Source: Spizellomyces punctatus DAOM BR117
Lineage: Eukaryota
Strand: one strand, 5' to 3'
DNA: 64,000 nucleotides
NCBI GenBank assembly: GCA_000182565.2
Contig: KQ257450.1
Below are positions 48,637 through 62,372 of this stretch, piece after piece (the stretch's first letter is position 1; each line of letters starts with the position of its first letter). A program made the position numbers and the translations under genes. The notes under the pieces are model-generated. The model was not told the origin of the DNA. It searched no databases and saw nothing but the letters and a program-made list of their open reading frames with translations.

Positions 48637-49901
48637 TTAATTGGCGACAGCTGCCTTGTCGCTTTTCATCAGGATGGCAGTAACTAATGGATCAGCCTCA
48701 GCCGCTAAAGCACTAACAGCTAAAGTACTAACAGTCTCGAGATTGGTTACCTCTTCGACTACCTGGACCTTGTCAGTTACAACTGCTATTCTGTGTACCT
48801 CAAGCATTGACGATGAGCTGTTATCTGTGAGCGGATCCTCTTCGGTCTCGGCTCCGTTCGACTGTTCCAACGCCTCCACAAGTTCATCCCGACTGTGGGT
48901 ACTACCGTTTGACGGGCTTTGTCGCGCTTCAGATGTCCCATTTGTCCTCCGTCTGCTGCGAGATGCAGAGTCATCCTCCTTTTCGTTCGTTTGCATCTTT
49001 TTGCGCTTATTCCGCTTGCATGTTTCGCATGTACATGGCTCGCTATTTTGTTCGCACCGAAGATGAAGTGCCAACATCTTGGCAGAGCGGAAAATCCCGT
49101 GAAATCCCTGATGCCCCAAATGAACAGCACATTGTTATCATCCAACGTAGCGATTAGAGCGAAACGCCGGAGAGCTACCTTTCTCAGTACATAGTAATCA
49201 AAGACGCTGTGTCTGGACTGCTTCTGGAATCGCTCCACTTTCACCATTCTGAACTCCTCAGGAATGTCTTGCCATCCAAGAGTGTTAAGCCATCGTCGTT
49301 TCACAGCCTCGTCTGCCTTTTCCAAAACTTGAAATCGGTTCGGGGCATCTTCGAAGCCGTTCCGCTCGAATAGATGGCCTCGCCAATACCAATCGCCGTA
49401 CGAAACCAAGAGCTCTTCATCTTGGAGGATGTCTCTCAACGCTGTTACCACTACTATTCCATTTTTTTCTTTGAATTCCACATTGCAAGGCTCGTTCCGG
49501 ATAATGGGCGCTTGGTCATCTGAGGATAGTATGACGCTGTCATTAATGTATCTCCCCGGAATGTACGAATGCGGAACTATGACATTGCTATCCTTCAGCC
49601 AGAAGGAGTCGTCATTGGATGTGTGTCTATTATTCGCCAGCAAGTGGGACATTGTTTCTCCATGATAGTGATCGATACAAGCACCCGCTGGAATAAGCTC
49701 TTGGTCGCAAAAAAGACCTTTCCCATGATACTTTGACTTTTGGGCCTTTAGGTGGACGACATTGCCGGTATCAATCCAAGTAACTTTAAACCTCTTGTCA
49801 TCATCCGGTAGGTCCACTATCTCGTATGTTACGAGTGGTATGTCCTTTGTGCACGGTTGAGCGACATTGTATGTGCCGCGTGCTGGTCGTGGCCTCGTCA
49901 T
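48637..49901 (-). CDS. SET-domain methyltransferase with a downstream MBD/Clr2-N-like domain, 2 exons
   Basis: HGKGLF, RYIND, CNVEF, ALRDILQDEELLVSYGDWYW. Intron 49108-49178 joins FDYYVLRK/GFHGIFRSAKMLALHL...CTCETC. Confidence 0.8.
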
Positions 49902-50673
49902 GAAAGTTCCACCAGTCGCACACAACGATGACTACAGCTCCACAGCGTCAATCACTTGCTGCTCTTCTTGGTCCTATTCAGCCCTCGGCTCCCCAATGTC
50001 CTCGACGATGGCAATCTCCACAGCTTTTTGAAATGGGGTGAAGGAACTCAACCAGCTGGAGGAAGGCGAACATCCTCGCAGATGGCACAGCCATGTAGCT
50101 TACTCCTGGCACAGTCACCTTTCGCCAACGTCATCGACAAATCTGTGGGGCGCATGTGGCTTAGATGTCTTCGAATATCCGCGCTGCTTGCCTTTGGGCG
50201 AAGGGAAACCCTTCCCGTTCTCGACGGCTCTAAAGGTCCATCTCACCTTGTTACGTGGTAGACGTTGGCTTGTCCTGCGCTTAAATCCGACGTATATCAC
50301 CCTTGCAAACGCAACATTGTGTCTACCAGCTTGGAAACCCTGCAACGCTGGACGTGCGACACTTTTGTGCGTGGTGGAAGCTCATTTTCAACAGGAGACC
50401 GAGTGCTTCTGTGAGGCTGTGAATGACCTGCAAAGCTCTGCTAATACCTAGGCCAAGTCACGCATAGCTGCACTTGAGGAAGAGGTGAGCATGCGCTTTC
50501 GCTGGAACGAGAAATTAGTACGGATTGCTGATGCAAGTTGCCTTGCTGCCCCCCAGTTGCTCTACCTGGTGACTGCCGTCCTGGTCTTGACCAGTTCATT
50601 CTTGCTCCGACTCGGGAAAGCATTTTGATAGGTGGCATATCCCTCTGGATTGATTTTTTCTCGTTCAGCCGTC

Positions 50674-53600
50674 ATGGAGACTCCCCCATCTGTCCCTGTG
50701 TCGGTTCCCGCCAACGGGTCTTCGGGAGGTGGGCCAACCATCTATTCGGCCATCTACAGTGGTGTGCCGGTTTATGAAATGATGTGTCGGGACACTCCTG
50801 TTATGCGTCGTATGGCGGATGCTTATATGAACGCAACTCAAATCTTAAAGGTGGCTGGGTTCACAAAGCCAAAGAGGACAAAGATCTTGGAGAGAGAGGT
50901 CCTCCAAGGCGAACACGAAAAAATACAAGGTGGATACGGAAAATATCAAGGAACATGGTATGCATGGGCTGGTGACTGTGTTATAATGATAGGGAATGAA
51001 AAGAAATGAGTGACACACTTTGTTGTAGGATACCCCTATCAGAGAGCCGCATGCTCGCAAGCCGATACAATGTGGATACTGAATTGCGTCCCCTATTTGA
51101 TTTCGATCCACAAACTGGATCTGTTGCTCCGAAACCACCGACATTGAGAACCCCTCACGTAGACCTCGCTGGAGATGGCCTTGCATCACCGAGTTCACCC
51201 TCACCACCGCCGCATCATTCGTTAGATTACTTCTCCCCAGTCGACGGGCCGTCTCACCTATTGTCGGAGTTCAACAGCCCCGATGGTAGCATTACGCCGC
51301 AGGGCACTGTAAGCCCTCCGCCGGGAATAAACGAGGAAGCACCGCAGCCGACGTGGAGGGATAACCTGAATCTATCTTCCATGACACGCGAAGCGTCTTC
51401 ACAACCTCTTGATCAACCGCACTTAAACTCTCAAGTACAGTCTATACTAAATTCTTTCGGCATGCAGCATTTACTACAACATCCGTCTACCGATGGCGCT
51501 ATCAGCAACACAGAATCATCTTCCAATGCAAACACGGTGAATGAGATGGAGACGCCCACTACGACAAATTCACAGGAAACGAACAGGCAGACAAGCTCAA
51601 GTCAACAAAGCGGTCCTACACCATCTAGTCGACCTACGCAATCACAAGCGACATCGATTGAGGCGGAATACTATCAAAAGCTTCAACAAGGGCTGCTATT
51701 GGACGAAAGTACAGCACAGAATTATGTCGCACATATTCAACAAATTCTCCGCACACAAGACATGCAACAATTTCAGCAAGCACAGCAATATTCTAGTTAC
51801 CTGCAAGCTGGGTCTTACCCAGCTGTGCAAAGTGCTTATCAGCAATTGGCCATGTTGAACTTGCTAAGTCTCGCCGCCCAGCATGCATACACATATCCGA
51901 ATGGATATCCTTCCTTGGATAGTTGGTTTAAGCAGACCGACGGCACTGCGTCAAAGTCTCTCAGTGGGCTAGGGCAGCCGATAACTGGCCAGCGTTCTCA
52001 GGTGTCAAGTTCTCCCGAGCAGTCCAAAGTGCCATCAAACGATCGACGACAATCAGGAGTCGAGGAGGATCATGATGCTCCTGAGCTCGATTCACGGCAT
52101 ACATCTGCGCATCAGCTCCGACAACGAGAAGTTCTGACAAACCTTTACCTATATAGTGATTCCCAACTTCATAAGATCATCGACAGCCTCAGGAATCCAA
52201 CTAACCCGCGAAAGCTCGACGTAAACTTGGTACTTGAAGGGAAGCGCGGAAGTACGCTGTTACATTTCGCGGCGGCTCTTGGCCGGGAGAAGCTTGTCAA
52301 GGCTCTAATAAGCAATGGAGCCAATCCGGCCATTGCAGCCAACGGCGGAGAAACTCCACTTATGCGTGCCGTATATCATGTCGGCTGCTACGACCTACAA
52401 ACGTTTTCTCAGATTGCCGACTGGCTGCGTGATTCGGTCTACTTGACGGATACGAGTCGGCGGACGGTTCTCCATCACATCGCAAAGGCCAGCAAAAAGC
52501 GGGATCTTTGGGCGGCAGCAGGATATTATGTGCGCTGCATTGCTCAGGTTATTCAGGAAGAATACTCTGAAGCAAAGAACCTCATTCCTCAGGTTGTCAA
52601 TGCTCAGGATGCATATGGCAACACCGCACTTCATTATGCATGCAAGTATGCCAGCAGAAGTGTCGCGGAGGTGCTTCTTAAGCTTGGTGCGACGCATGAG
52701 ATTGCAAATCATGCTGGCGAGACGCCTGTGGATCTTGCCCGGTATGAGCCTAAATTGCTCGCTTTGCTATTTAGAGAGATCGAAAGGGTGAGTATTTCTT
52801 AGCATCGTTAAGGAGATCTGCCCATATGTGCTGACATCTATCTCAGGATGACGTGGCGGCTTGGGATGATTTTGATGAAGACGGCGATATTCTGATGCGT
52901 GATTTTGATGAAGCAACGGACACGGACGACGACGAATTTGAGAGATCTCCGAGTCCTAATCCAGTAGAGCGAAGCATGCACGAGCAGACGATGAACACAT
53001 TGGACAAGTTCTACGGAGAAAAAGTGGAAAACAGTAAGTCGTGCTGCTACCGCGAGGATGTGTCACCATAAATACTTAATGCTATGTGACCAGTTTTATC
53101 AAATCTCACTCCCTCCGTTACCAACGCGGTAAAGGCGGGCGTCGACCAATTGCGCAATAATCTGATGAGCCGGTATCGTGAGCAGGAAGCTCGGGTGGAG
53201 ATAACTCAACTTGAGCTCGAGCAGGCCAAAGAACAGCTGGCCAATGCTAAAAAAGAGCTTTCAGAGTTGCAGGAAAAGAGGAAGCGGATGGATGAGTTGG
53301 TTGAACTTGCCAATGAACTTGAAGACAAGCTCGAGCAGCACGCGACGCGGTTGATAAGGAAGACCAAGGGAAAACGCGCTGTGGAACCCTCAATCAGTTC
53401 CGATGAGGATAAGGAAGACGACGACACGCATGATCCTGACATGGTGGGGGAAGAAGCTACCCAATCGGGTCCGTCAGCCGAGGCCGAATCGGCCGCAAGA
53501 CCGTTGGAAGACGATCCGTCCAAACCTTCCCGCGACCCATCAGACAGCGCACGAATGAACAACGAAGCGATCCCCTCCCAATCAACTGACCCAGAATCAT

Positions 53601-53980
53601 CAATATCCCAAACATCAACCACCAAACGTAAACGATCTGCGTCGCTCACGGATGACGAAGATACCGTCTCAGACGCCGCCGCACACTCCTCTGACACATC
53701 CCACACCAGCAAACTTCGCAAACTGATGCCCAGCGATCGAACACGAACGCGATCTGGCCGACAAGCGGAGGTACGTCTTAAAGCCGAACTGGCGGACCTT
53801 CAGCAAGAAGTCGAACGAAGCGAGCAAAATCGGCTGAAAATGTTCCATGAGATTGAGAATATTCGGGCACATCGGGAGGAAAAAGATCGTAAATTTAAGC
53901 GGATTATTGCCGCATGTGTGCGCATGCCAATGGATAAAATCGATGAGCTGATTGAACCGCTCGTTCATGAATTGGAGTAA
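50674..53980 (+). CDS. MBP1: SBF/MBF cell-cycle transcription factor (Mbp1/Swi4/Res family; APSES/KilA-N + ankyrin repeats + coiled coil)
   Basis: [14 protein letters not shown]...VMRR...[10 protein letters not shown]...[15 protein letters not shown]; ankyrins [36 protein letters not shown]-terminal FKRIIAAC. Confidence 0.93.
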
Positions 53981-54254
53981 AGGGCGGTGGTGAAGCGACG
54001 GTGAAATTGGAGACCACGATTTTTGATGGGATAATTTAGTGTCAGATTACTGCAATTACCAGTTCCCCCTTTTTTTTTCTTTGTATAAATGATTTCCCAA
54101 CAATCTTGAATTTCGTATTAATAATATGGTGTATCTCGTATACTCTCTGGAGCATTATAGAACACATTACTTTGTGTTTATTGCAATCTTCCATGCACAC
54201 ACAAATTATCCCAAAACAACTTTGCTATCATGACGCACAATCTGTCGTGTTTGT

Positions 54255-57200
54255 TCAGTCACTGTCAACTTCAACGTTGAATAATGTCATCAAATCGCCC
54301 AAAGTCAACCGTCCGCCCTTTCCAAATGCACTAGTGCCTTCGCCCAAGGCCGCTTCAAAAAGTTGTTGCTTCTTGTCTTGCAGGGCCAGAATCCGGTTTT
54401 CAATGGTCTTTTTAATGGTAATGCGGTGAACATGGACAGCTCTGCCGGGACAGCGTATTTAGTACATGATTCATGTGAGAGTAGGAGGTGAACTCACTTT
54501 AGTTGTCCAAAGCGATGAACGCGGTCAATTGCCTGATTTTCTACAGCTGGATTCCACCTGGAAGTTAACAATAGAAGCGGTGAGTGCCATCCCATGCATG
54601 TTAGGACGAGAAACGTCGCAAAAGCGTCCTACCAGGCATCCAATAAGATAACCCGATTTGCACATGTCAGGTTCAGGCCCAAACTACCACATTTCAGACT
54701 GACCAGAAGAATTGTAGTCTGAGCGCCGTTCTTTAGTTTGTTGAGGGATGCATCACGTTGGTCAGCGCTCATTGTGCCGTCATACTGTGATGGATCGGCG
54801 GTGAGGTAAGATTAAGAGCTTGGGGAACGACGTCGTCTACTTACTCGAGTGAACTTGTATCCCTTCCTGCGTAATGCATCCTCGCAAAGATCTAACAACA
54901 CAACCGACATGTGTAAGTATGACCATTGTACAATAAAGAAGTATACGGCATTACCAAGCATTGTCGTGAACTGCGAGAACACTACATACACAAGTCATGT
55001 TAGACAAATGCGGTTACCCCATTTGCAACAAATCCGCCAATATACCGATTGTCTTATCTTCAGGTGCCTCTTTTTTAGCTTGGTCCAAAATACGTAGCAT
55101 CTCCTCAATCTTGCTGCTGGTGAGCCCCTTTTCCTCCGGATCAGGCGCAAAAAAGTCGTTGTCAAAATCCTCGTCGAACAGCCCGTTCTTGGCGGGTTCC
55201 TTGCCTTTGCCATTGGTTCCTTCTTCTCTCCGGAAGGTCTTTCGGTAGAATGAAACTGGCACAAGAGCATCCAAGTCTATCGCTGCTCTTGTGAAGCAAA
55301 TAGTGTTAGGCTCACTATCGCATGGGACGGTATGGTGGGTGCCACTAAGAGCAGGTGACCTTACCGGCAGGTAGGACAGCGTCTATCGCCGGCCAATCGA
55401 GCTTGACTCGTTACTGCCTCCGTCAAACACTCCCTGAACGTAGAACGGCATGAATAAAAGTCTCTAAACTGGCTGTTGTCGGTATATTGCTCACCTGCAA
55501 AAAGCATGGCCACAGCTGCTGAAAACAGCATCTGTCATACTAAAGTACAAGGTCAATACCACTAGTCCAGTCCATGGTGCAAGTACGAGTACGTACGCAT
55601 CAAGGCAAATTATGCATTCTTGATCAAAATCAGCCGCCAGAAGCCGATTCTTGACTTCCGGATCAAATCGTGCAAATATTTGATGATAGTGATCTTCTTG
55701 CGTCGTAGCCGCCATTGCGTCGGCCGGGTCAGCTGCTTCAAAATCCTTAGCGACGAGTGAAGGATGGCAGCTAGAGAAGGCATGATATATATATAAGACT
55801 CGATCGACGCCATTTACTGACATTGCCATACCATGCTTGTCTTAGTCTTAGCAGCAAAACCAGGATGTTGGTATAATTCTTCATCACGGTTCCTGCACGC
55901 AACTGTGGATTCAGCATCCAGATGAGACTAGTGGCCAAAGAGGAACAAAAAATTGTCGAGGGCTTACATATGCATTAAACCGCAGCTGTACGCGGTCCTC
56001 AAGAGATCTGTAGAAATCGCGTTCAGCTGCTGTAAAGTCAATTTCAATGTGGTTCGTGTTTCGTTCCGGAAGTTGAATAATCGGTCGACCGTCTATCATG
56101 CACTTCTTGGTGCGGCGCAAACAGATTGCTAAAATAAGAGTATCGCGCTCGTAAATATGGTACGCAGCAAGTTTATAGAATACAAATTATACCTTGCAAA
56201 AGGCCTTGCACGCGGGCTATGGCACGCTTATGTCGACCCCGTTTAAATGGTTGTTCTATTTTTTTCTTGAACTCAGTCCATTCGCAAAAAGGCTATCATA
56301 GAGACGCTGTAAGGTAAACGCTGGAATGTTGAAAAGTAAGACATCAATCTCATACTGACCTTGATTTTAAGGAAAAACACAAGACTGTACAATTCACCAA
56401 TATTATTCTGAATTGGAGTTCCGGTGAGACACCAGCGATATTGAGCATCCAGTTGTTGGCAAGCTTTTGCACCACGGGTCCTTTTGTTTTTAATCACATG
56501 CGCTTCATCAAGTATCACCCTATAGGGATGTTATGAATGTCTCAATGCAAAGCATAACCAAAATATTTGGGGCTCCATCCTACGTACCTCCACCATTTAA
56601 TTTTAAAGAGTGGCCCGGCAGATTTCCGCAGCGTGATTTCTTCCGATTCGTCATCCTGGCGCTCTTTCTCGTATTCTGCATCGTCCATCGCCTGCCTTGC
56701 ATTGCGGTCCATGAGCATCTCCAACTGTTCTTTCTCTTTTTTTTGGGACTTTGGCCATTCGAGAGCGACAACTGACAAGAATCGAGGTCAGCACTTGGTA
56801 GACCAGCTTCAGTTTTAAGGCTCAGTAGAACTCACGCGAATAACTTGTGATTACCACATCGTACGTCCTGATTCTGTTGTGACTTCTCTCACGTTTTGAA
56901 CCATAGTAGATGAGCACACGTAGCGTGTTGGGTTTTGTTTTCTCTTCAATTTCCTTCTCCCACTAGTATAGCAAAAGTATGATTGAGATCATTATCTACT
57001 ACTGCGAGCTGAGTCAGGAATCCCACCTGGAGTATCAGCGACACAGGTGCTATTATGAGAGTGGGTTGCGACCTGCCGCCCCTATTGGAAACAATGACGG
57101 AAAGGCTCTGCGTAGAACATGACTGTCAGTGGGATCGGACGCAATTATAGAGTACTGAACGACTACATACCTGGATTGTTTTGCCCAAGCCCATATCATC

Positions 57201-58742
57201 GGCCAAGACTATGGATAATCAATTCGGTTCATCAGAAATCCCACTGCGCACAGAAAAAATAACAGTTGCACATACTTCCTCCTTTATTAGTTCCTTGCTC
57301 CATCTTCAGCATCCACTCCAGTCCTTCAATGGAACGTGTCAGTTAAAAAGACAAGTCATTGTCGATGTAAGTGAGATACTTACCGAGTTTTTGGTGCTCC
57401 AAAAGCTCAATCCTCAAATCCGGTGGTGTTTGCAACCGCCGTTCAGGCGGTGAAACCTCTGCAGTGTGCTGCACATTCTCCAGCAATGCCTTCAATTGCT
57501 CCTCTGTTTCTTTCTGCATTCAAAACAAATCACATTAATGGAAGCCGTTTCAGGAACCGCCTGCTGCTGATATACTGACCTGGTTGAGCGGTGCTTCCCA
57601 TTCTCCCTCCATATCTTCCTGATTCGGAAACGACGTGAGAGGCAGAGAGTATGGAGGGTATGGCACATTACCGTCCATGTTAGGAACTGGCAAAGAAGGA
57701 TAGTCGTGTGGGGAAACTCGTGCCGGAGGTCCTCCAGTCGGGTAAATAGGAATAAATAGGATCAGGTGCGTCAAGTCGTCTGAAAGGACCAACGCAGAAG
57801 AAGGGCCCGCTTGGCAAGGTCCGCCACACTGGGTTGTGCGTGAAACGGAGATGGTTTGAAAGGTGATGAAAGGGGACTTTCCCCAAAATGTTGATAGTGG
57901 CTTGGCGTTGCTGGGAAGACTGGTGGCAGTTGAGGGGGTAGCGCACTGCTTGAGGAAGTTGCCGGTGTGGGATTGTTATTAGGTGATGTCGCAGGTAGCT
58001 GCGGAGGATAGGGCGCTGGCGGGACATGTGTACCACCGAAAGCCGCATTGAACATATCCTCGATATCCCTTGCATCCAAGGAGGTCAGATTCATTGGTTC
58101 GTCTTCAATGTCATCGTCCCAATAGTCAGGCTCTACCGCGGTTACTGGCTGGGGTTCGCCAGCAAGCTCACGATCCATACGCTGTTCCTCCTCAGCCAAC
58201 TCTCGAGCAAATGCAGCATCTGCCTCTTCCTGTCGCCTGCGGTTTTCTTCCTCTTCCTCATGTCGTCGCCTAGTTTCTTCATCTTCAGGTTCCAGGTTCC
58301 ATTCTTCTTGAAGCCTCCGTGCTAATTCTTCGTCATTGCTAATATCCAGTGCGTCCTAAATGTGATTTGTCAGTAAAGATGGATGAGCGATCATTTCAAA
58401 TATACGTACCCCCTGGATTGAGGCTTCATCCTGAGATGTCAAGTCGATTAGGGATGCGTCATTGTGAGCTTGCTCAGTTTCCATATCGAATTGCGCCTGC
58501 AGCCATCGCGCATACTCCTCGTCGGACGAAAAGGTGGGCTCCTGGTCTTCACTCCCCGCACTGTTCTCGGCAGCGGTCAAATCAATGTGATCGTGGTCAT
58601 GCTTGGGCCTTTTGTAAGACTCTGATGTATCTTGCAAAGACCTCGATGAGAAGAAAGGGGCGATAATCCTCGTAATAAAAGATCCAGAGGACCCGCTGCC
58701 CGCGTCGTCGGACTCTTCACTGTCACGGTTTGGCCTTTTCAT
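54255..58742 (-). CDS. SNF2-family helicase with a RING finger (Uls1/Ris1/Rad5-16 subfamily), multi-exon
   Basis: [34 protein letters not shown]...CGHAFCRECL...[33 protein letters not shown]-terminal IDLT SIM-like motifs. Confidence 0.92.
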
Positions 58743-59206
58743 CCTGCTGGCGGAATAGATCCACGACGGATTCTCAACGTCATGAAGCTTATCGACAACA
58801 AGACCCGCAATCTGGTTGCAATCCGAGATATGATGCAAGTGCCCGGCACTAGATGGCTCGTTCCTTCCGTACTCCTTTTGTTCGGGATCCCAGGAAGCTT
58901 TGGAAGAGAGCTTAAAATGAAACAGCCAGCCACTCGGCTGCGCAATAGTGAATGGCTGGAATGCGGATTTGAACCTCCTTGGCGTGGATGCAACCAGCAC
59001 AGCCACAAAAAGCGCCTCGTGTGTCGCTTCTTTTGCCTCTCGTGTAAAGTTTAAGAGTTTCCATTTGGAAAACGTCATTTTCGGAGCAAGCGGTCTTTTT
59101 ATTTTTATTCAAAGCGCATCGTCCATCTCGCTAGATTTCCGCATCCCCATAGCCAACGTCTTTTCGCCTTTTGCCCGTCGGCCTACGAGTGCCCTCCAAC
59201 CGTCCA

Positions 59207-61432
59207 ATGACTTACGCAAAGGTTAATGACGCGTACGGCAGCAGTGAGTGGGCTCCGCCACAAGGTGTTCCGCCTTACCAGCAAGCGGCTGGTGGACAGC
59301 CGTATGCCCAGTACGGAGCCCCCAGCTACCCTCCACAAGGCTACCCAACTTCATACAGTCAACAACCTCAACCTGCATACGGTCAACCCCCACAGGCGCC
59401 GTACGGTCAGGCCCCGTACGCACAACCAGCTCCGTATACAACGCCTTACAATGCACCTTCCTACCCACCGCCAGCAAATCCGCCACCACCGCAGTCGGTT
59501 GGAAACAGCGGGGAAAAGTTTAATAAGGAACCAAAGTACAAGGTGGGTTTTGCAAAAGGATTCACATGTATTGATCTACAGATTTCGCACGTCAACAAGC
59601 TGAACATGGACCTGCTTTCCGATTTTAGGATTTGTGGGCTACAGTCCTGTTTCTTCTCACGCTCCTTGGATTCGCTGCTACCGCTGTCATTGGTATCAAG
59701 AATATCCACCTAAGCTCGGGCAATAGCCCTGAAAACCAGCCAAACAATGGCAGTAACAATAATTTCGTGGTTCCTCCTCCAAAGGATATTGCTGGTATTC
59801 TAATTTCTGTTGTTGGAGGTGGATTTCTTATTAGCGCAGTGGTGAGTACTACGTCTGAAGATTCATGCGACTAGTGACACTATTCTCATCTGTTTGCATT
59901 CGTCAGTACTTTCTCCTCATGCAAAAGTATATATTGTCGTTGGTAAAGTTTCGCACTACAGGCACCTGATATCCATTCTTTCTTTAGATTTGCCGGAAAG
60001 CTGATCAAAGTATCCATGGTTTTAACCATTCTCGTCATGGTCGCTCTTGGGGCATATTATATTGTTGCGGGTTCAACCGCGGGAGGCATCATTGTTTTCC
60101 TCATTGCAGGCTTGTATGGTATGTTGTTGTCCTGTCTTCTGTTTGCCGTACTGCACGCATATTGACAAATGTTATTCTTAGCCTTCTTCTTGTGGTCATG
60201 GAGGTCTCGAATTCCATTTGCAAAAGTTCTCTTGAAAACCGTTACATCGATCACTGGCCAATACCCAGCAACTCTGTTTGTGGGTTTCGTTGGATTGATC
60301 CTGGAAACTGCTTTTACGGCACTGTGGATTGCCAGCTTTGCGGGCATGATGCAGTATTTCGATAGCGACAAGGCTAGCAATGGACTCCGATATGTTACAG
60401 TTGTGTTTATGGTGAGTGGATTGGATTACTGGCCTTGTTAGGTGGAGCTATTCCAACGGTTGTATCTGTTATAGCTGTTTGCGCTATACTATGTGACCCA
60501 AGTCATTTCAAACACAATTCATGTTACTATCTCGGGATTGTTTGCCACCTATTACTTCATGGGTACTCGCCAGCCGGATGGAAAAGTTACTGTACCCGTA
60601 CGGAACCCGACCGCTTCCTCAGCAAAGCGTGCCGTTACCACGAGTTTTGGGCCTGTCTGTTTCGGAAGTTTGATCATTGCACTTATCCAAACGATCCGGG
60701 CGTTGCTCCGCATGGCATCACAATCTGCGGCTGAGGACGGCAACATTGCTGGTGCTTTGTGTGCTGCCTGTGCCGGATGTTTCTTGAGCTGCATTGAAGG
60801 GTTGGTGGAGTACTTTAACAAGTACGCGTTTGTGCAAGTTGCAGTTTACGGCAAGGTAAAATGATGCATGCTGCATGCAATAAAATCTTTATGGCTGACA
60901 TATTCATTTTACTAGGATTACATTCGTGCTGCAAAAGACACTTGGGAGCTTTGCAAGTCTCGTGGTATTGATGCAATCATCAACGACAGCCTTGTTGGGT
61001 CCGTGCTCACCATTGGCGGTCTGCTGGTCGGATTCATCTGCGGTTTCGTGGCTTACCTCTACGTCCGTAAGTATCCATATCACTGCCTCAAGTTTTTGAA
61101 AAAAGAGTTGTGACCATGACACTATTTGCAAACCAGGATTCTCTCCCAATATCCCATCGGATGGGCTGCACTATGGCGTCTTTATCGCCGTGGCCATTCT
61201 GATTGGCATGTCAGAGTTTTTCGTGCTTTCAACGGTGATTGACAGCGGTGTCACTACAACGTTTGTTTGTTTGGCGGAAGATCCCGCTGCTCTTTATCGC
61301 ACCAAGCCGGAATTGTATGAACGAATCCGGCAGGCAAGTACACCCGCGCGGCTGTGCAATTGCGTAGTTTTGATCGTATTGTTGACAAGTGTATTATATT
61401 AGGTGTATCCTCAAATTGCGTTCCCAGTGTGA
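59207..61432 (+). CDS. PNS1: Plasma-membrane choline-transporter-like protein (PNS1/CTL family), multi-exon; last intron GC-AG (61334-61402)
   Basis: Pro/Tyr/Gln-rich N-tail, KYKDLWA, RIPFAK, TTSFGPVCFGSLI, YFNKYAFVQVAVYGK, SGVTTTFVCLAEDP. Confidence 0.92.
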
Positions 61433-62372
61433 TCGGAGGAGAAAGGAGGAGGTTATTTAGATTGTGTGAAATGCTCAATGTTGTTTTTTTGGATCCAATT
61501 CTATCCGTAGTGTTGTTGCTGCTGCTACTTTAATTCAATATCTTCAAAGTTGGTCGCCAGCATTTTAAAGGGTCCACGTGGTCAAATGTCCCTTGATCCC
61601 CATAATGTGGGCCTAGACTTTGTTATATCCCCAACTTTAAGGAATGGGTCCGCCGGTTTCTCTCCCGTTACCAGGTCCGCGGACTTGGACCCGTGTGCCA
61701 CACGATCGCACCGCTGAATAACAAGAGCCGATTTGCATTTCACGCTTTCCCCCACCTTTTTATTTTTTATTTTTTCTTTTAGACGTCGTTTCGGACGGGC
61801 GGAGCAAACGGCACGGTATTTAAAAAGGCTTTGTCTTGCTGCCATTCCCCCTCCATTGACCTTTAGAACGTCCATCTGCGTGTTGATGGTCCCTCGCAAC
61901 ACGCATCAAAAGGGGGACGATGATGGTTTTTCCGATATTCTTTTTTTTTCATTCCGCTTCTCCAGAAACAGCACTACCCGCTGTTCACTGCCAAATTAGC
62001 ACTCAACGCTCATGAAACCTGAATGGAAAGACTATTAGTGTGGGTCGTCGCGCTTGTTTTGTCCGTGTGCACACTTGATTGGGAACACCGATACATGGCA
62101 AGAGTGTTTGCTTGTTGCTGGTATCTCACTTGGTTTTTTGTGTGCACGGACAAAATGAATTGCAGGCACTGCTGATCAATTCGAGAGCTTGACTGGTAAT
62201 TTGGCTGCTGAATAGCACGTGTTGCTGTTTTTTGGGTTCATCCAAAAAGTATGGCAAGTTTCCCAAATAGCCGCCAGGTGTTAAGTAAGTAGTGCGGGGT
62301 ATTAGTATTGCTTCTTCTTACACACATACACAGACATCTAGTAAAACACACGGCCCTCGTAAGTGAGCCCTA

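Noticed and set aside
61334-61402. GC-AG intron in PNS1 as a novelty
   Set aside because: GC-AG is a well-known minor splice class.
61582-61940. RNase MRP/P RNA on the minus strand (ACATTATGGGGATC resembles CR-V)
   Set aside because: No convincing matching CR-I (GAAAGTCCCC-like) partner for the P4 helix.
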